64,000 nt of DNA from Elusimicrobiota bacterium (GTDB lineage: Bacteria; Elusimicrobiota; Elusimicrobia; Elusimicrobiales; UBA9959). Below the pieces are notes generated by a model that saw nothing but the letters and a program-made list of their open reading frames with translations, was not told where the DNA came from and did no database searches. A program made the position numbers and the translations under genes. The stretch's first letter is position 1. The number at the start of each line of letters is the position of its first letter. The stretch covers positions 4,177 to 68,176 of the forward strand of contig JAUSCK010000173.1 of assembly GCA_030651035.1 (NCBI GenBank). Direction: 5' to 3'. This document shows, in pieces, positions 38,083-48,400 of this stretch.

Positions 38083-41000
38083 TCACTCACCTGCTTTAGA
38101 TAAATATGGCCGGATAAAATCCCGCAACGACCGGCTGATTTCTTCACAGCTATTTCCCTCTAATAACGCGTCATGCCCGGCATCAATCTCCATCGTTTCT
38201 ATTTTACCTTTAATGTGGTTTAACCATTCACCGGAACTATCCTGCGCCATAGCTGAACCGGCCCTTTTCGCCCTAAAGATATAAGCATCAACACTTGCAA
38301 GTTTCGCCTTGTGTTGCGATACGGAATATACGATCGACAAATATATCTTTGCTAAATTAATTGCCTTTGCGAAATCGGCACCAGGACTCCGGGCCGAGAA
38401 GGCTTCGATTGAATCCAGTATCTCGCGGACTCTTAGCGCGCCTGTCGAAGCGGCGGATTTAATCGCGTTTGATAGCGATGAATAAAAATCTACGGTCCAA
38501 CGCGGGTCATTTAAGATGTCAGGAGAGAATTTAGACAGAGTTCCGGACATGGCGGCGAATAGACTCTGTATTGAAGCCGATTGAAGTACCGACGGGAGAA
38601 AGCTATCTATTAAAAACAAGGCCTTGGGTTGAATTGCCGTTCCCTGGGCCCGGGCTGCGATTTCATGGGCTATAACCCCGCCGGCGGAATAACCCAGTAA
38701 AACATACGGGGCTTCTTTGCATAATTTCCTGATTTCAGAAAGATAGTGCTCCGCATACTCGTCGATGCTCAGATAAGGAGTCCGGTCGCCAAAAAGCCCC
38801 GGGGCCTGGAACGCGTAAACGCGATAATGATCCGAAAGACTTACGGCCAGCTTTCGAAAAACGAATGGCATCCCCTCGGCGCCATGAACACATATGAGGT
38901 ATTGGCCTGGCCCCTCGATTGTAAGAGGGATCAAAGCGCCTCTTTCAGAGAAACATCCTCCTCCGGATTCCTCTATGGCCCCCGCAAAACGTTCTATTCC
39001 CGGGAATTCAAATAACATGCGCAATGAGATTCCAGGCCCGAAAAGTTTCCTGCATTGGCCGATCACCCTGATGGCCAGCAGCGAGTTCCCTCCGAGCTCG
39101 AAGAAACTTTCCGTCATGCTTATGCGCCCGATCCCCAGCACTTCTTTAATGATCTCGGATACCGCTTGTTCGGTCGGAGTGCGCGGAGCTATATAAGCCT
39201 TCTCTTTCGCCGTATAGTCCGGCGAGGGCAGCGCTTTCCGGTTTACTTTTCCATTGGCGTTCAATGGAAAGGAATCCATTGTTACGAACGCCGCGGGGAC
39301 CATGTAGTCAGGCAGTGACTTCAATAAGTGAGTCCGGAATTCCTTGATGTCCGGGACCGGGTCCGATTTGCATATGATGTATGCAACCAGATGCCGGTCG
39401 TCATACTGGCCGGCGCTTGCCACGACCAGGACTTCCTTTACCTTCGGATGCTCCGCCAACCGGAGTTCAATCTCGCCGGGCTCTATCCGGAAACCGCGGA
39501 TCTTTACCTGGGAATCGGCTCTGCCTATGAATTTAATATTGCCGTCGGGCAGCCACGCTCCCAGATCGCCTGTTTTATACAACCGGCCATTTTCTCTTTT
39601 GCAGAACGGGTCAGGGATAAACTTCTCGGCCGTTAAGTCGGGACGGTTTAAATAGCCTCGCGCGACTTGTCTGCCGCCAATGTGGATCTCCCCGGTCACG
39701 CCGATCGGCGTCGGCTGGTCATTTGAGTCAAGTATGTAAATCCGGACTTTTCTGATCGGCGTGCCTATCGGGACAATATCCTTCTCCGGCCGCCAATTTA
39801 CCGGGAACTTGAAAGCGGTCGCGCCTATTGTCGCCTCCGTCGGGCCATACAAATTGATCAGCGACGTAGTAGCGCCCCAGCGATCCAGCCAAAGTGTGAC
39901 TTTATTTAACTGCGCGGCTTCACCGGCTATGGAGACGGCTTTTAAAGCCGGCGGCATGGGCATTGATTGCCCGGCGATGGAGGTCACAAATTGATGCCAG
40001 TACGCCGTAGGGAGGAAAGTCTTAGTAATTCCCAGATCACAAAACCGTTTATGAAGGTCGACGGGGACCAGGGAGTCTCTGTCGCTCCGGATCGACAGCT
40101 TTGCCCCCGATATTAACGGCGGATAGATCTCAGGCCCTGCCCCGTCAAAACTTATGGATGAAAATTGGAACAGATGGTCCGAATCGGATAAATCGTAAAG
40201 ATCCACCACTTCCTGCATGTAGGCGGCCAAAGAGCCATGCTGTATCATTACGCCTTTGGGGCTTCCCGTAGATCCGGACGTGTAGATAACATAAGCGAGA
40301 TCCTTATCGCTCACTCCGGCCGCCGGGTTCGACACATTCTGCGCCGCCCACTGTTCTTTGTCCCGGTCCAGGCAAACGACCTGCGCGCCGGTATCCGGCA
40401 TTTTTGGCAGAAGCCGCTCCTGGGTCAAAAGCACCTTCACTTTTGAGTCCTCCAGCATGTACGCGATGCGGTCCGCGGGGTACGAAGCGTCTATTGGCAC
40501 ATAAGCCCCTCCCGCCTTAAGGACCGCAACCAGGCTTACGATCATCTCAAGGCTGCGCTCTACCGCTATCCCCACCAGCGATTCAGGACCTACCCCTAAA
40601 CTCTGCAGATGACGCGCCAACTGATTGGCGGACCTGTTCAGCTCATCATATGTCATTAACCGGTTATCCGAGATAATCGCGGTCGATCCTCCGGATTTTA
40701 AGACCTGCCGCTCAAACAGCTGATGCAGGCAAAGCCCCGCAGGATCGGAAGCCCCCGTATCATTAAAGTCCAGCAATACTTTTTGGCGCTCGCGGTCCGT
40801 CAGTAAACATGAATTCCCGATTGGCTGGCCAGGGTCCTTTACAATGGTATCCATGATCCGAATGTACAGCCTGCCGATATCTTCTATTTTCTCTGAACTA
40901 TAGCGCTTCGAATCGTATAACAGGCTCAAATTCAGCTTTCCCGTGCCGGCAGCGGCGAGGTCGAAACTTGCGGCAAACGGGAAATTAGCCCTGGTGAATG

Positions 41001-44000
41001 ACCGCTGATCACGTATCTTGAACTTAGGTAAATCTGACAGCTCTTCCAGAAGATGAAAATTCGTGAAATTAAAAAGCGTCTCAAAGGGCGGCTCTCCGTT
41101 ATTCAAACGCTGTATTTCGGCCAGGGGAAATCTTCTGTGGGGAAACATCTTCAGTTCCGCTTCGCTTACCTTTCGAATTAATTCCGTCCAGCTCCCCCCA
41201 TCCGATCTTACCCGGATAGGCACGCTGTTCAGGAACAGCCCCAGAACTTTGTCTCCGTCCGAAGCTTCAAGCCTTCCTGACGTGACCAGCCCTGTCGAGA
41301 TATCGGTCTCTCCTGACAAGTGAGCTATAGCGCAGACGTGGGCGGAAAGAAGCATTGTCTTCAAGCTGACTTGTAATGACTTAGCCCTGGCAAACAGCCC
41401 ATCGACCAACGGCTGCGGGATTACCGTGTTTACTTCTGAAAATTGGAACTTGGAAGTGCTGTTAACAGTATCGCCGGGTATTTTTGCGATAGAAGAGTTT
41501 TCACACACTCTTAGCCAGAACTTCCTGGTGTCGCTATTCTTCAGAGATCCGGTTTCCGCGCGGACAAAGTCCCGGAACTTGGATGCTGCCGGCGGCTCTA
41601 TGGGCAAGTCCCGATTCTCCAAAAGCCGCTGATATGTCCAAAACACTTCTACGCAGAGAGCGGAAAGACTCCATCCGTCAAGTATCGCGTGGTGATGCGG
41701 AACTGTCAGCTGAAAGCTGTTGGGAGTTCGAAGGTGAATGAGGAACCGGATGAGCGGTGGGCGGCTAATATCGAATAAGCGCTTTTTTTCCAGCTCGACA
41801 AGTTTGTTGATCCTGTTTTCCTGATCTTCAGGATCAAGTCCCGTCCAATCCGAGATCTCAAGCGGGATTTCCGTTCGAGAGTGGACCAGCTGAAGCGGCT
41901 CCGAGTAGGAGGTGAAGTCAAAAGACGTGCGGAGTACGGGATGGCGGGCGACGGTCCGTTTTAAGGTTTCTTTGAACAGCTCGAGATCAAGAGGCCCTTC
42001 AATATGTATTGAGTCGACATTCTGGTAAAGGGAAGAAGAGGGGTCAAGATCCAAATGAAAGACCATTCCTGATTGAAGCTGGGCCAAGGGATAGGCGTCT
42101 TCTATCCCGTTTGGCATGCGAGCCCGGGTCTCCTCATCAATGAGCTCAAAAGGCAAACTTTGCTTTTCACGCTCAGCCCCGGATATCTTGTTTTCACCGA
42201 TCGCGAGGGCAAGCTCAGAGATACTCTGATTCTTAAGGATCAGAGCAACCGTTACTGCCAGGCCCTGGTCCTGAGCAAGACCGGCTATCCGGAGAGTCCT
42301 GATCGAATCGCCTCCGATCGAAAAGATGTTGTCGAAGATCCCTATTTTGGGAAGGCCCAGGACTTGCTGCCAAATATTCAACAATCGCCTTTCGAGCTCC
42401 GTCCGCGGCGCCTCGTATTCATGAACGGTTTCCTGCAGGGAGGCGTCGGCGGCTTTCGGCAAGGCTTTGCGGTCTATTTTCCCATTGGATGAGAGCGGCA
42501 TGCTTTCAAGCACTATGTAAAGGGACGGCACCATATAAACCGGCACCCTGTCCGCTAAATGCCGGCTCATTTCCCGGGATGTTAAAGCAGCGCCTTTTTC
42601 GAACGTCACATAGGCTACAAGCCGCTTGGCACCAAGGTGATCTGTTTCCGCCGCGACAACGGCTTCCCGTACGCCGGAAATGCCCGTGAGTGTCGTTTCG
42701 ATCTCTCCCAGCTCGATGCGAAAGCCCCGGATCTTTACCTGAAAATCATTTCGGCCCAGGTATTCTATCGCTCCGGCCGGCAAAAATCTCGCCAGGTCGC
42801 CTGTCCTGTAAAGCACCCCGGTTTTCTTGAACGGGTCGGGGATGAACTTTTCCGCCGTTAGCGCCGGACGGTTAAGATAGCCTTTGGCGACACCCACGCC
42901 TCCGATATAAAGTTCCCCATGGACGCCGACAGGTACGGGATGTTTCCGTTTGTCTAAAATATAGATCTGGGTGTTGGCGATCGGCCGCCCGATCGGCAGT
43001 ATCCGGCGGCCGTCCGGATCCTCTTGGGAACAGTCCCAATAGGTGACATCGACCGACGCTTCGGTAGGACCATAGAGGTTATGCAGTTTCACTTCCGGGA
43101 AATTGGCGATAAAACGGTCTTTTAACTCGTATGGCAACGCTTCCCCGCTGACAAATACAAGCCGTAAGTTTTGCAGTTCATGCCCTTTGGAAAACTCGAC
43201 AAAGATCTGCAGCATGGAAGGAACAAAATGCAGGACCGTTACTCGTTCGGTTTGAATAATCGTGTCCAGATAAATGTTGTCCGTATGGCCCAAGGGTCTG
43301 GCTATGACCAATTTGGAACCGGACATCAACGGCCAAAATAGTTCCCAGATAGAGACATCGAACGATAGCGGCGTTTTTTGCAGGATCCGGTCTTCATAAG
43401 TAAGCTGATACTCGGATTGCATCCAAAGCAACCTGTTTCGCAACCCGCCGTGATGAACCCTGACACCCTTCGGCCTGCCGGTAGTCCCGGACGTATAAAT
43501 AATATACGCAAGATCATCGTCAGCCAAAGAGACCGGTTCCGCCGGGGTGATACCGGTTTTCCAGGCATCGTCGTCCAACACTACCAACTTCCCGGCAAAA
43601 TCTGTTAAAGAGGCGGCCCATTTTGTTTGTGAAACGATCACCGGGAACGCGCAGTCCTCTATCATGAAATCGATCCGGTCTTTTGGCAAAGCCGGGTCCA
43701 ACGGGACGTACGCTCCGCCGGCTTTAAGGATGCCGAGCACGGCGACCATTAAGTCTTTGCACCGTTCGCCATGGTATCCGACGGGGCTGCCGCGCTGGAC
43801 GCCGCTTTTGGTCAGCCGCGCGGCGAACAGCGAGGACAAGCGGTCAAGTTCCCCATAGCTGTAGTTTTCACCTTCAAAAACCGTCGCCCCGGCGCTGGGC
43901 CGGATCCGCGCCTGGGACGCGAAGCAGTCCAGGATGCACCGTTCGCCGGTAAAAACCGTATCCGTGGAATTAAATGACCGGGTGATCTTGTAATATTCTT

Positions 44001-45435
44001 TTTCAGTGAGCAGCGGGAGCTCTTCTACCCGGGCCGTCAGATCGGAGTGCATGCTTTCCAGCAAGTTAATGTAGCTCCCGGCCATCCGTTCTATCGTTGA
44101 ACTATCAAACAGGCTGGTACTGTATTCAAACGAGGCGTCGACTCCGTCCGTCCCCTGGAGCAGATCAAGCTCCAGGTCAGCTTTAGTGGTGCGGCTTACG
44201 GCCGGCAGGGGCGAAATATCCAGCCCGCTCATTTTTATAGCGGAGCCGGGTGATACCTGGTAATTGAATAGAACCTGGAACACCGGCATCTTACTGGGAT
44301 CACGGACGGGATTAAGCGCCCTGACGACAAGTTCGAACGGGCAATCCTGGTATTCGAGGGCATTAAGAATTCTTTCCCTGGAACTATCCAGCGCCGCTTG
44401 TACCGTCATGTCATCCGTAAAATCAGCGCGTACGGCTACCGGATTAATTAATGGCCCGATGATCCGCTCTGTCCCTTTCAGGCCCCTGTTCGCGGAGGGA
44501 ATGCCGACCGCGAAGGTGTTTTGATCTGTATATCTATGAAGTAATATTTGAAATCCGGTAAAAAAAACGCCAAATGGAGTAGCTCCCGCTTTCTGTCCGG
44601 ATAATGCCAGCGCCCGGACAAGTGATTGCGGGAGTTTAAAGTTGAAACGGTTCCCCGCGGTCGATAGCTTCGCCGGACGCGGGAAATCAACGGGAAGTTC
44701 CAGTGACTCGGTCCTGTGTAATTCTTTTTGCCAGTAAGTCAGGTGTGAGGCCCAGGAATTCTCGGCCAAGCGCCGGTGCTGCCAATTAGCGAACTCTGAA
44801 AGCTGACGCCCCGCTTGCGGCAGGTCAGGCGCGCGCCGGCTTAGAAAAGCATTATAGGATTCGGCTATTTCCTCTAAAAATACATAAAAAGACCAGCCGT
44901 CAGAGATCAGGTGGTGCATTACTATGTGTAAAAAAGCGGAATTCTCCGAGTTATTGAAGACGAATATCCGGGCAAGCGGGGCCAGGCCCAGATCGAAGGT
45001 CCTTTGCGTTTCTTCCAGCATGCGGGCATTGATAGTCTCCTCGCCAGTTTGCCCGGGATGATCTTCTATGGCGGCTGAAAGCCTTACAACTTCCTGCAGC
45101 TCGGGACGCCAAATTCCCCGTTCATTGAAAAAAGCCGTCCTAAAAGCTTCATGCCGTGCGGCCACGTTCTGTATCGCGAGATTTAAGGCCTCAATATCCA
45201 GTTTGCCGTTGAGCCGGAGAGATACGGGAATATTGTAGGAAGCGTTCCCCGGGTTCAGGCTTTCCGAGAAACAGATCTGCTCCTGCATAAAGCAAAGTTT
45301 TGGGCGGCCGCTCTTAAGCGGGGTTCCGTCCAGGCCTGGATTCCTCCGCTCGCCGGATTTCTTCGCGCGCAGCAGTTCGAAGAGTTTCTGCTTCTCTTTG
45401 CTTAGCGATTTAAAACGGTCGGCTTTGTCGGGCAT
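38083..45435 (-). CDS. Terminal NRPS: C-A(Ser)-PCP-C-A(unknown)-PCP-TE
   Basis: HHLISDGWS, YTSGTTG, GGDSI, HHHAILDGWS, YTSGSTG, GGNSL, TE GYSAG; start reassigned to ATG 45435. Confidence 0.92.
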   Translation of the reverse strand: MPDKADRFKSLSKEKQKLFELLRAKKSGERRNPGLDGTPLKSGRPKLCFMQEQICFSESLNPGNASYNIPVSLRLNGKLDIEALNLAIQNVAARHEAFRTAFFNERGIWRPELQEVVRLSAAIEDHPGQTGEETINARMLEETQRTFDLGLAPLARIFVFNNSENSAFLHIVMHHLISDGWSFYVFLEEIAESYNAFLSRRAPDLPQAGRQLSEFANWQHRRLAENSWASHLTYWQKELHRTESLELPVDFPRPAKLSTAGNRFNFKLPQSLVRALALSGQKAGATPFGVFFTGFQILLHRYTDQNTFAVGIPSANRGLKGTERIIGPLINPVAVRADFTDDMTVQAALDSSRERILNALEYQDCPFELVVRALNPVRDPSKMPVFQVLFNYQVSPGSAIKMSGLDISPLPAVSRTTKADLELDLLQGTDGVDASFEYSTSLFDSSTIERMAGSYINLLESMHSDLTARVEELPLLTEKEYYKITRSFNSTDTVFTGERCILDCFASQARIRPSAGATVFEGENYSYGELDRLSSLFAARLTKSGVQRGSPVGYHGERCKDLMVAVLGILKAGGAYVPLDPALPKDRIDFMIEDCAFPVIVSQTKWAASLTDFAGKLVVLDDDAWKTGITPAEPVSLADDDLAYIIYTSGTTGRPKGVRVHHGGLRNRLLWMQSEYQLTYEDRILQKTPLSFDVSIWELFWPLMSGSKLVIARPLGHTDNIYLDTIIQTERVTVLHFVPSMLQIFVEFSKGHELQNLRLVFVSGEALPYELKDRFIANFPEVKLHNLYGPTEASVDVTYWDCSQEDPDGRRILPIGRPIANTQIYILDKRKHPVPVGVHGELYIGGVGVAKGYLNRPALTAEKFIPDPFKKTGVLYRTGDLARFLPAGAIEYLGRNDFQVKIRGFRIELGEIETTLTGISGVREAVVAAETDHLGAKRLVAYVTFEKGAALTSREMSRHLADRVPVYMVPSLYIVLESMPLSSNGKIDRKALPKAADASLQETVHEYEAPRTELERRLLNIWQQVLGLPKIGIFDNIFSIGGDSIRTLRIAGLAQDQGLAVTVALILKNQSISELALAIGENKISGAEREKQSLPFELIDEETRARMPNGIEDAYPLAQLQSGMVFHLDLDPSSSLYQNVDSIHIEGPLDLELFKETLKRTVARHPVLRTSFDFTSYSEPLQLVHSRTEIPLEISDWTGLDPEDQENRINKLVELEKKRLFDISRPPLIRFLIHLRTPNSFQLTVPHHHAILDGWSLSALCVEVFWTYQRLLENRDLPIEPPAASKFRDFVRAETGSLKNSDTRKFWLRVCENSSIAKIPGDTVNSTSKFQFSEVNTVIPQPLVDGLFARAKSLQVSLKTMLLSAHVCAIAHLSGETDISTGLVTSGRLEASDGDKVLGLFLNSVPIRVRSDGGSWTELIRKVSEAELKMFPHRRFPLAEIQRLNNGEPPFETLFNFTNFHLLEELSDLPKFKIRDQRSFTRANFPFAASFDLAAAGTGKLNLSLLYDSKRYSSEKIEDIGRLYIRIMDTIVKDPGQPIGNSCLLTDRERQKVLLDFNDTGASDPAGLCLHQLFERQVLKSGGSTAIISDNRLMTYDELNRSANQLARHLQSLGVGPESLVGIAVERSLEMIVSLVAVLKAGGAYVPIDASYPADRIAYMLEDSKVKVLLTQERLLPKMPDTGAQVVCLDRDKEQWAAQNVSNPAAGVSDKDLAYVIYTSGSTGSPKGVMIQHGSLAAYMQEVVDLYDLSDSDHLFQFSSISFDGAGPEIYPPLISGAKLSIRSDRDSLVPVDLHKRFCDLGITKTFLPTAYWHQFVTSIAGQSMPMPPALKAVSIAGEAAQLNKVTLWLDRWGATTSLINLYGPTEATIGATAFKFPVNWRPEKDIVPIGTPIRKVRIYILDSNDQPTPIGVTGEIHIGGRQVARGYLNRPDLTAEKFIPDPFCKRENGRLYKTGDLGAWLPDGNIKFIGRADSQVKIRGFRIEPGEIELRLAEHPKVKEVLVVASAGQYDDRHLVAYIICKSDPVPDIKEFRTHLLKSLPDYMVPAAFVTMDSFPLNANGKVNRKALPSPDYTAKEKAYIAPRTPTEQAVSEIIKEVLGIGRISMTESFFELGGNSLLAIRVIGQCRKLFGPGISLRMLFEFPGIERFAGAIEESGGGCFSERGALIPLTIEGPGQYLICVHGAEGMPFVFRKLAVSLSDHYRVYAFQAPGLFGDRTPYLSIDEYAEHYLSEIRKLCKEAPYVLLGYSAGGVIAHEIAARAQGTAIQPKALFLIDSFLPSVLQSASIQSLFAAMSGTLSKFSPDILNDPRWTVDFYSSLSNAIKSAASTGALRVREILDSIEAFSARSPGADFAKAINLAKIYLSIVYSVSQHKAKLASVDAYIFRAKRAGSAMAQDSSGEWLNHIKGKIETMEIDAGHDALLEGNSCEEISRSLRDFIRPYLSKAGE

Positions 45436-45436
45436 T

Positions 45437-48400
45437 TTAAAGGTCCTCTTTCGATAAGAGTTCCCGCGCCTCTTCATCGGAGAGCTGTTCAAGCCGATCG
45501 AGGAGTGCTCCTTCCGCTTCCTGCACTAATTTATCCACCGCAAGCGCAAGCTCGGAGATAGTCCGCTGTTCGAAAACGACCTTTAACGGCATCTCGAGGC
45601 CGAACTCCGATTTGATCCGGGCTCGCACCCGCGAAGCCATTAAGGAGTGTCCGCCGGCGGCAAAAAAATCATCATGCTTGCCGATTTGCCCGCAGCCCAG
45701 GATCTCCTGCCAGAAAACAGCGAGCTTTTGTTCTGTGGGGGTGAACGTCGTGTCTGGTTCGGCGCGATCATTAGCTGCGGGTAATTTCTCCAGCACATGA
45801 CGGTCCACTTTCCCGTTCGCGGTGAGAGGAAAAGCTTCAAGTATTACAAGCGCCGCCGGGATCATGTGCGGCGGCAGGCACTGCTTAAGCCGCTCGCGCA
45901 GAATATCTTTATCGAGCCCGCTCTCTTTATCAGAAACCAAGTAAGCTGTAATTTTCGTGTGGCCGTCGTGCCCGGCATGAGCCAGGGCAATGGCCGCGCG
46001 CACCCCTTCCTGTTTTATCAGCACGGCTTCAATATCCCCAAGCTCAACCCGAAAGCCCCGGACCTTGACCTGGAAGTCATTGCGCCCTGTAAATTCGAGT
46101 TCGCCTTGTTCGGTGAAGCGGGCGAGGTCGCCGGTTCTGTATAAGCGCTTTCCCGGGGCCGTTGTGAACGGGTCAGGAACGAACTTTTCGGCCGTCAGGC
46201 CGGGGTGCCCGAAATAACCTCTGCAGACTCCCTCCCCGCCGATATATAACTCGCCTGTTGCCCCGCGGGGAATAGTCCGCATCTCATCGTTCAAAATATA
46301 TAACTGGGTGTTCGCGATAGGCCTGCCTATCGGGATCGCCCCTGAAGAAGGGGATGCCGCGCCGACCGTATGCGTGGAGCAGCCCACAACGGTTTCCGTC
46401 GGCCCATATTCATTGACCAGCAGCGTATCCGGCATGGCGCGCTTGAACCAATCAAGGGTCTCTGCGAGCAATTGTTCTCCGCCGATGACGAATACCCTGG
46501 CGCCCCGGGACGGGTCGCTGGCCTCCAGTGAACGGCTGAGGACCTCCAGGTGGGCCGGGGTTAATTTGACTACGGAGTAATCAGCGCCGGTACGCAACCC
46601 CGCTATAAGGGAATCAAGGGTGTCGGGTTCCGGGTGGATATGAAGTGTTTGTCCCGAAATCAACGCCCCGAAGACGGCGGTCACGGGCAGATCGTAGGAA
46701 AGCGACGAAATAAGCGGGGCGCCTTGTCCTTTATCGTAATGATAGGCAGCAATACACCAGCTCGCATAGTTTACAAGTCCGCGATGGTGGATCATCACGG
46801 CCTTTGGTTTGCCTGTGGACCCGGAAGTGAAAAGCACATAGGCAAGACTCAACGGGTGTCCTGTCTCCGGCAAATTATCTGGGGACAGGCCGGCCCAGAA
46901 ATGCGTCTCCCGGCCGATATCGATGATCTTGTTCGCTTCCGGCAGGATTGAAATAACGTCCCCGAGGGCAAGTACCGTTTTGATCCCGGTATCCTCAAGT
47001 ATCGTTTTGATCCGCTCTTCAGGCAGCGCGGGATCTATAGGGGCGTAAGCGGCTCCGGTTTTCAGGACCGCTAATATCGAAAGGATAGAATCTATGCCTC
47101 TTGCCTGGCAAATCCCTACGATCTGGCCAGGTCCTGACCCTAACGAGCGTAAATAATGAGCGAGCCGATTCGCTTTAGCATTTAACTCGGAGAACGTGAG
47201 CCGAACACCACCGGCCGCAAGCGCGGTCGCTCCAGGAGCCAGGGCCGCTTTGTCCTGAAACAGGGAAATTATGGTGGATTCTGAAGGAAAAGAGGAGCGA
47301 GTATCATTGAAAGTCCTGAGCTGCCATTCTGATTCCTTCTCGTCATTTATCTCCAGGCCGGCCAAAGGCCGCTTGGGGAAAGCACACAGGGTTTTCAGGA
47401 TCCGCTTATAATTCGACAGCAATCGGTCGATGACCCAGGCCGGGTAACTATCGCACCGATACTGCAGATCCACGCTGATAGCCGCGCCCGGAATGATAAC
47501 GACTGATAACGGGAATTCGGTGCTTTCCCGCCACTCAACCCCGCATACGCTGAATCCGCCGCTGTTCCCGTTAATTAAATCGCTGACCGGGTAGTTCTCG
47601 AACGCAATAATGCTCTCAAACAGACCCGTTCCGCGGGCGGTGCCGGACCAGTTTTGAATGTCAATAAGCGAGCAATGGGAATGCGGAAGCATCCCTACAA
47701 TGCTTGATTGAACCGTTTGCAGCCATTGGTGGCAGTCCAGCCCCTTGTCAATGTTAAGCCGCAATGGCAGCGTGTTTATAAAAGGACCGGCAACAGGATC
47801 CCCTGTTAACAATTCAGCCGGCCTGGTCGAGACGATCGTCCCGAAGCAGACGTCATTCCGCCCGCAGTACTGGGAAAGCAAAAGGCCCCAGGCGCCCTGG
47901 AAAACCGTGTTCAGCGTCACCCTGGCGTTTTTTGCCAGCGTATTTAAAGCTGCACATTCAGCGGGGTCCAGCTTGAGGGAAACTTTTCCGTGCCCTGAAG
48001 CCAAACCATTCGTTACGGTTTTCTTTTCAAGCTCGATCCCGAACTTCGCAGGATTAACAAGGCCGGCCAGGGCCGACTGCCAGAAAGCTCTGGAGGAATC
48101 GGTCCGGCGTTCGGCTAGCCAGTTAAGGTATGTTGAGAAGGATCTGGATGGAATAGGCGTTGATACGGAATGACCCTGTTCGGAAACGTAGGCTGAAAAC
48201 AGGTCTTTTAGAACGATCCCTACGGACCAGCCGTCCAAAATGAGATGATGATGTGTCCAGATAAAATAGTGGCTGCGATCGTCCAGCTTTATGAGGGCGC
48301 CCCGCATAAGCGGAGCCTTGGACAGGTCGAAATCCGTGAGGCGGTCGGTTTTAAGGAATTCTTCGAGCTGTCGGGCGTGCAGGGTTTTGTCGACGCCGCT

